Virus record (IMG/VR): IMGVR_UViG_3300023174_000339
Coordinates: 1-39,064 of that record
Origin: a virus
Taxonomy: Duplodnaviria; Caudoviricetes
Strand: one strand, 5' to 3'
Length of the DNA stretch: 39,064 nucleotides
Shown: piece after piece, positions 34,324 to 39,064 of the stretch
Layout of the letters: every line of letters begins with the position of its first letter
Position numbering within the stretch: position 1 is the stretch's first letter
Translations under genes and position numbers: made by a program
The notes under the pieces: model-generated
Databases searched by the model: none
What the model saw: only the letters and a program-made list of their open reading frames with translations
Told to the model about the DNA's origin: nothing

Positions 34324-36938
34324 TAGATCACCGCCATTCCGTATTTAGCAATTCGTACAAAAGTATTTCCAATGTCTTCTGGGCTTGTGGTATTGTAATT
34401 TGTAACAGGTGCGTTAATCACCAAATTTCTGCCGCCGCTTTCGCGCATATATTCTGTTTCGTTTAGCGCTCCTGTTTTTTGTAACGCATCTGCCATTGTA
34501 TAACTTGCAGCAGAGTCATTTTGTGCAGGAATTGGTACCGTTGGAGCAGTAAATGTTTTAGCATTATTAAGTGCTGCGCTAAGTGCTTCAATGGCACTTA
34601 TTGTTGCATTTGTAGCATTTGTTATTGAACCAAGTTTTTCAATCATATCTTTTTCAATATCTGCAAGACTATCTGCTAATTCCTTACGGGCTTCTGCCTG
34701 TGCTTTCACCATGTCTTTATATGCTTCTGAAATAGCACTATCTCTGGTTTTTTCTGCTTCTGCCATTGCTCTGTCAAAATTGATATTTATTTCAGATTGA
34801 GCATCGGCAAATAATTCTGCTTGATTTTTTAACGCATCCGCAAGATCAATATCTGCTTGTTTGTATGCTTGGCTAAGTTCATCAGTTGCTAATTTTCCGC
34901 CTTTATTCATTTCATTAGCAAGTGCATCTAATCCAGTATTTGAGATTTTTTCTAAACTGATAAAAGTTGATTGTAATTCTTTCATTGTTTGAGGTGATGA
35001 ATTAAGAATTGACTCTGCTAATTGATTACCGATCTCTGGACCAGCAGCCACAATTTGTTCAATAAATGTTTGAGAAAAACCATTTGCCTGTAAAAGTGCT
35101 GCATTTTTAGCAAGATTTTTAGATGCGGCAAGTTTAGCCTGCATAGATTTTAACAGTTCATTAACATTGGCAGTTCCTGCTTCCACCAGTCCTTTGAATA
35201 TATCAGCAGGATTAATTTCTGTGCCTTTACGGAATGCATCACGAAGTCTATCCACAGATTGCTGAACAACACTTTGTAATTTATCGTAATAACTCTTATA
35301 GATATCTGCAATCTTTTTTGTATTATCTTGTTCTGTTTTTAGCATATCTTCTGACTTTTTTAAGTTCAGATCAGCCATCTTGTCGTTAAAATCAGTTTGT
35401 GCTTTTGCAATAGTGTCTTTGTAATCTACATCAATATCAGACATTTTTTCATTAAACTTAGTTTGCGCAGAAATAATCTTTTCATTTAAGTCTTTTACAA
35501 TCTTTATGTAATCTTCGTTTGCTTTTTTGACTTCTTCTTGCGCCTTCTTTTGTTCAGGAGTTAAACCTTTTCCTTTTCCTTTGCCTTTTGTTGAATTACC
35601 AAAATCAATAGGGGTTTCATCTAAGAATTTGATTTTAATTGGTTTGTTCAAGTTATCTAAATTTTTGGAAAAGCCTTCAACTTTTGCTGCGGCGCCATCA
35701 AAGAATTTGCCAATGCCATTGGTTGTATCTTTCAAACCTTCATATGCTTCTTTGGCCGCAGGGTTAATAAATCCTAAAACTTTAAGGAATAATTTTAATG
35801 GACCTGTTACAAGATTAGCAAAAGCCTCAACTAATACACCAACAACTTTTATTAGGAAACCAAATGCTACAAGTCCTGCTTTACCTACGCTTATTATCAT
35901 TTTGCGGAAAGTTTCAGATTTATTCCATAACAAAGCAAGTGCGCCAATAAGCAATACTGCCGCCGCTACAATAAGACCAATAGGATTAGCCGCCATAGCG
36001 GTATTGAGAGCAATTTGTTGTCCTGTGAGTAACATAGTTGCAGTTTTTACAACTGCTTGAACTGCCGCATATATTTTTGTAGCAGCAGTTATTACTTTTA
36101 GCGTTACTGCATAAGATGCTAAAGCAACTGTAACGGTTAAAACAATACCGCCAAAGATTTGAAATGCGGTTGAGTTACGCTTTACAAATTCTATTGCTTT
36201 ATTCAAATTCTCCATAAGGCTTTTTAGATATGGAATTAACACTTCACCGACTGCTTGTGCGGCATTGTTAAATTGTTCTTTAAGAATTTGTAATTGAACG
36301 GAAAATGTTTCAGTTGCTTTAAGTGCTTGACCGCTTAACTTTGATTGCAATTCTCCCATTGCTTTTGTAGTTGCTTCTGCTTTAGGCAAAGTTGAATCCA
36401 AAACAATTCCAAATTGCTTAAATACTTTACCTGCGCCCATATTTGCTCTTACAAGCATTTGAGATGCAGACTCTAAACTTATTGACTTAGCCCGTGCTAA
36501 ATCAGCAGACATTGCTAATAATTCTTTGGATTTTGTTAGATCACCAGTTGATTGAATTAAAACCTGCATACTTGCGGCGGCGGCTTCATCATCAAATCCA
36601 AGTTTGACAAAACTACTAGAAAGTTTGTTAATTTCTTCTCTGGTTGCGGCAGTATTTAATCCTTGCGCCGCTAAAGTGGCATTTAATTTCGTCATAATGG
36701 TTTCGGCTTGCATAGCCTCTTTAATACCAAGTGCCGCAAAACCAGCAAATGCCGCACCTGTAGCCAATAAACCAGCCGTAGCAATACGACTTGCCTTATC
36801 AATGCGACCAATTGAACCGCCAGCCTTTTCAGCCTGACCTTCCATTTTGCCTAGTTCATTATTAACTTGCTTAAATTCTGCAATAGCCTTATCTGCAACT
36901 GCTTTAATCTCAAATATTGCTGGTGGTAAAAATGCCAT
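34323..36938 (-). CDS. Tape measure protein
   Basis: 871 aa, Ala-rich helical; ANPIGLIVAA..LWNKSETFR motif; hydrophobic stretches. Confidence 0.92.
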   Translation of the reverse strand: MAFLPPAIFEIKAVADKAIAEFKQVNNELGKMEGQAEKAGGSIGRIDKASRIATAGLLATGAAFAGFAALGIKEAMQAETIMTKLNATLAAQGLNTAATREEINKLSSSFVKLGFDDEAAAASMQVLIQSTGDLTKSKELLAMSADLARAKSISLESASQMLVRANMGAGKVFKQFGIVLDSTLPKAEATTKAMGELQSKLSGQALKATETFSVQLQILKEQFNNAAQAVGEVLIPYLKSLMENLNKAIEFVKRNSTAFQIFGGIVLTVTVALASYAVTLKVITAATKIYAAVQAVVKTATMLLTGQQIALNTAMAANPIGLIVAAAVLLIGALALLWNKSETFRKMIISVGKAGLVAFGFLIKVVGVLVEAFANLVTGPLKLFLKVLGFINPAAKEAYEGLKDTTNGIGKFFDGAAAKVEGFSKNLDNLNKPIKIKFLDETPIDFGNSTKGKGKGKGLTPEQKKAQEEVKKANEDYIKIVKDLNEKIISAQTKFNEKMSDIDVDYKDTIAKAQTDFNDKMADLNLKKSEDMLKTEQDNTKKIADIYKSYYDKLQSVVQQSVDRLRDAFRKGTEINPADIFKGLVEAGTANVNELLKSMQAKLAASKNLAKNAALLQANGFSQTFIEQIVAAGPEIGNQLAESILNSSPQTMKELQSTFISLEKISNTGLDALANEMNKGGKLATDELSQAYKQADIDLADALKNQAELFADAQSEININFDRAMAEAEKTRDSAISEAYKDMVKAQAEARKELADSLADIEKDMIEKLGSITNATNATISAIEALSAALNNAKTFTAPTVPIPAQNDSAASYTMADALQKTGALNETEYMRESGGRNLVINAPVTNYNTTSPEDIGNTFVRIAKYGMAVI

Positions 36939-37375
36939 TATCTGACCACCCGACCAATATGTTTAGCAATAATTGCAGGCGCAACAGTACGGAACTTCAT
37001 AAACGCTGGCTTCATATAAGGGAAACCAGCCATAGCAGAAGTTCCTCTCCAAGAGTTAGGTGCATATGCGCCACCTAATTCTACGGCGCGCCCGTAAATA
37101 ATTGTCGGACCTACAATAGCAGAATAACTAGCAAAACCTTTGCGAAACTTCTCACCGCGTATGGAACGGCGCAAATTACCTGTGCGGTTCATAGGCGGTT
37201 GTCCAGATGTAGCCTTTTCGCCTTTGGGTCTGCGCCCTTCAATTTGTTCTTTGGATAATTGAATAAGTGTAAGCATCATTTCATCTCGCGCCGCCATAGC
37301 GCCTTTGTCCATATTTGCGCCAGCCTTTTCTAACGCTTGACGAACCATTTTAAGATTTGATGTTATCACTTTCAA
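36938..37375 (-). CDS. HK97 gp10-like tail completion protein
   Basis: RTGNLRRSI, YGRAVELG and PYMKPA. Confidence 0.8.
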   Translation of the reverse strand: MKVITSNLKMVRQALEKAGANMDKGAMAARDEMMLTLIQLSKEQIEGRRPKGEKATSGQPPMNRTGNLRRSIRGEKFRKGFASYSAIVGPTIIYGRAVELGGAYAPNSWRGTSAMAGFPYMKPAFMKFRTVAPAIIAKHIGRVVR

Positions 37376-37568
37376 CCTTTTTCACTAACGCAGAAATTGC
37401 AATTATCCAATCCAATAACGCCGCAGGTTGTTCATCTACTTGTAGTGGTGTCCAACCGAAGTCTTTTGCACAGATGTAATAAAACCATTCCTCATCTGGA
37501 TATGTAAAGGCTTCGTGTCTTTCACCACCTTCAAGCAACCACCTTAATCGCTGGACTTTCCGAAAGGG
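37350..37568 (-). CDS. Tail assembly chaperone, -1 frameshift extension (GT-like)
   Basis: The -1 frame is open from the slippery site through VQRLRWLLEGG...FGWTPLQVDEQP; no good independent start. Confidence 0.75.
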   Translation of the reverse strand, partial: PFRKVQRLRWLLEGGERHEAFTYPDEEWFYYICAKDFGWTPLQVDEQPAALLDWIIAISALVKKVESDNIKS

Positions 37569-37900
37569 CTTTCGGCATCCTTTTCATTTGCTTCTGTATT
37601 AGCCAATGCAGGGAATAGTACCTTTTGCGCATCTTTTGTTTCATCAACAAGAAAATCGTAATCAGCCATTTCAAGTTCATCTAGCGACTCAATTTTGATT
37701 GACGGAATAATTAAATCTAGCGACCAGTCCTCAATAAGTACTGCAAGCAACCCATCTGTTAATGAAAGCGCCTGCATAATACCTTCATCTGCTTTGCCTG
37801 CGTTTGCATAAATCTTTTTGCGGTCTTTTACACGCAACGCTGATGGGTCGCGCAAAGTAACTGTTGCGCCACTAGGTAATGTAATTTTCTTTTGTGTCAT
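37544..37900 (-). CDS. Tail assembly chaperone (G-like)
   Basis: Follows the tail tube gene; start MTQKK after GGAAGG; ends ESPFGKSSD. Confidence 0.8.
   Translation of the reverse strand: MTQKKITLPSGATVTLRDPSALRVKDRKKIYANAGKADEGIMQALSLTDGLLAVLIEDWSLDLIIPSIKIESLDELEMADYDFLVDETKDAQKVLFPALANTEANEKDAESPFGKSSD
37562..37568 (-). promoter_or_regulatory. Programmed -1 frameshift slippery heptamer C-CCT-TTC
   Basis: In-frame X-XXY-YYZ near the chaperone C-terminus; adjacent C-GGA-AAG is an alternative site. Confidence 0.7.
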
Positions 37901-37948
37901 TTTGTTTCCTTCCGATAGTTGTGTGCCTTCCAATTTTACATCAAATAG

Positions 37949-38001
37949 GTGCTAGGGGGCGGGAACGGGGAAGGCGACCGCTACAACCGACCCCCTAGCA
38001 C
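37949..38001 (-). terminator. Second copy of the post-tail-tube hairpin
   Basis: Same outer stem as 55-107; inner-stem changes preserve pairing. Confidence 0.7.
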
Positions 38002-38015
38002 ATTTATTCTGTTAC

Positions 38016-39002
38016 TTAGATATAAGTACCAGAAGCCTTTGCATTTTGTAGTACCCACTTAATAGGAGCAAAACCGCCAGAAGCACCTGCATCTGTGGTA
38101 TTTCCTAGTCCGTTAATTGAGACGGTAATTTTTACAAAATCATCTCCACGGTCATAAGCGGCGGCAGTATAAGCACCCTTTGTAAGAGTTGCTTGAATTT
38201 GAAGTGCGGCTGCACCTGTTCCATATTGCCAGTTAAGAACAATCGCAGGTTGTGTGTTTGTTAGGTAGCGTGTTAATTCTGTATCCGCTTCCATAATAAA
38301 CTCAATATCACCTGTAACATCAAGAGCACCAACAAATACGCTAAATGGGTCTTGTGTCTGTGAAATGCCGTAAATTGGTGTAACTGGACGCTTCATTGAA
38401 ATTGAACCCGTCATACCATTTGTGATTGAAGTTCCACCGATAGATACAGTTCCTTGCCAGACTGGTGTTGGCAATACTGTGCTAAATGTTGGTGTTGGTG
38501 CAGTTGTTGTAGCAGACTTAAAACCTGTTGCTTTAGCATCAAATTCCAACATACCATCTGCGCTAAACTTTAGCGTTACATCGTGAAATTGTTGCGCGGC
38601 ATATGTGCGCACACCAGCAACATAAAAGTCTGTAAGTGTGTAAGAAAGTGGTTGAACATCAGTAGATGCCGCAAGACTATTCTTTAATGAGATTGTGTGT
38701 GTAAATGGAGCAGATGCACCAGTTGTAGCACAAGCACCCATAATACCTGTAAGTGCATAACCAATACCATCAGCAAATACCGCACCACCCATATCAAATG
38801 TAGAGCGTGTTCTGCCCGGAATATAGTTGTAATTTTCAACCATAGCACCGCGAAGTCCTTGATCGTACAATGGGTCAATTACATCTACTGGCTTTACAGT
38901 ATCTTTATTGACGAGAAGGTAATCTGTCGGTGCAACCGCAGTACCTTTTGTTACTTCTTTTGCAATTCCTATATAGGAACGGACGGAATTTTGGACTGCC
39001 AT
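38016..39002 (-). CDS. Major tail (tube) protein, allele 2
   Basis: 328 aa; about 25 amino acid differences from 122-1108 by manual count. Confidence 0.8.
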   Translation of the reverse strand: MAVQNSVRSYIGIAKEVTKGTAVAPTDYLLVNKDTVKPVDVIDPLYDQGLRGAMVENYNYIPGRTRSTFDMGGAVFADGIGYALTGIMGACATTGASAPFTHTISLKNSLAASTDVQPLSYTLTDFYVAGVRTYAAQQFHDVTLKFSADGMLEFDAKATGFKSATTTAPTPTFSTVLPTPVWQGTVSIGGTSITNGMTGSISMKRPVTPIYGISQTQDPFSVFVGALDVTGDIEFIMEADTELTRYLTNTQPAIVLNWQYGTGAAALQIQATLTKGAYTAAAYDRGDDFVKITVSINGLGNTTDAGASGGFAPIKWVLQNAKASGTYI

Positions 39003-39064
39003 TTACTCACTCTCCTGCGGTGTTGTGAAGGTTGGTTTGGTTGAAATCTTAGCACTAACACTAA

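Larger units (their letters stand above)
37898..39064. repeat. Right copy of imperfect terminal direct repeat
   Basis: Matches 1-1170. Confidence 0.95.

Noticed and set aside
38016-39002. True duplication of the major tail gene
   Set aside because: The copies sit at opposite contig ends with matching flanks and a 127-bp exact terminal overlap; circular permutation plus strain variation explains this more simply.
528-39044. Numerous plus-strand ORFs in the ORF track (e.g. 5048-5449, 13761-14198, 35527-36060)
   Set aside because: They are antisense shadows of well-supported minus-strand genes, with no recognisable motifs.
1-39064. Integrase, tRNA genes, DNA polymerase or stop-codon recoding
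   Set aside because: None was recognised. Core genes are intact under the standard code, and TAA, TAG and TGA all serve as stops. A tRNAscan-SE/ARAGORN run would be needed to exclude tRNAs formally.

Overview
A nearly or fully complete, circularly permuted genome of a tailed (siphovirus-like) phage, unit length about 37.9 kb, with almost all genes on the - strand. In transcription order: a ~600-nt ORF-free structured region with a hammerhead ribozyme; an early cassette of small ORFs ending in a second hammerhead; DUF932; RecT/Bet and PD-(D/E)XK exonuclease; replication initiator; SLT-like transglycosylase, RusA, HNH and SSB; ParB-N plus ABC-ATPase/GNAT (candidate DNA modification); terminase, portal, protease-scaffold and capsid; head-tail and tail genes; CHAP endolysin, holin, HNH and a metallophosphoesterase operon. 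I found no integrase, DNA polymerase, tRNA or CRISPR array. A low-GC freshwater-type actinobacterial host is inferred, not shown. The two ends carry diverged copies of the tail tube gene, most likely two strain alleles joined by assembly. The most notable signals are two same-strand type II hammerheads bracketing six small genes, a large candidate ncRNA ending in one of them, a 22-bp motif repeated five times (once inside a ribozyme loop), and a tail module that lacks the GATC avoidance of the rest of the genome. All calls come from reading sequence and motifs by eye; no searches were run.
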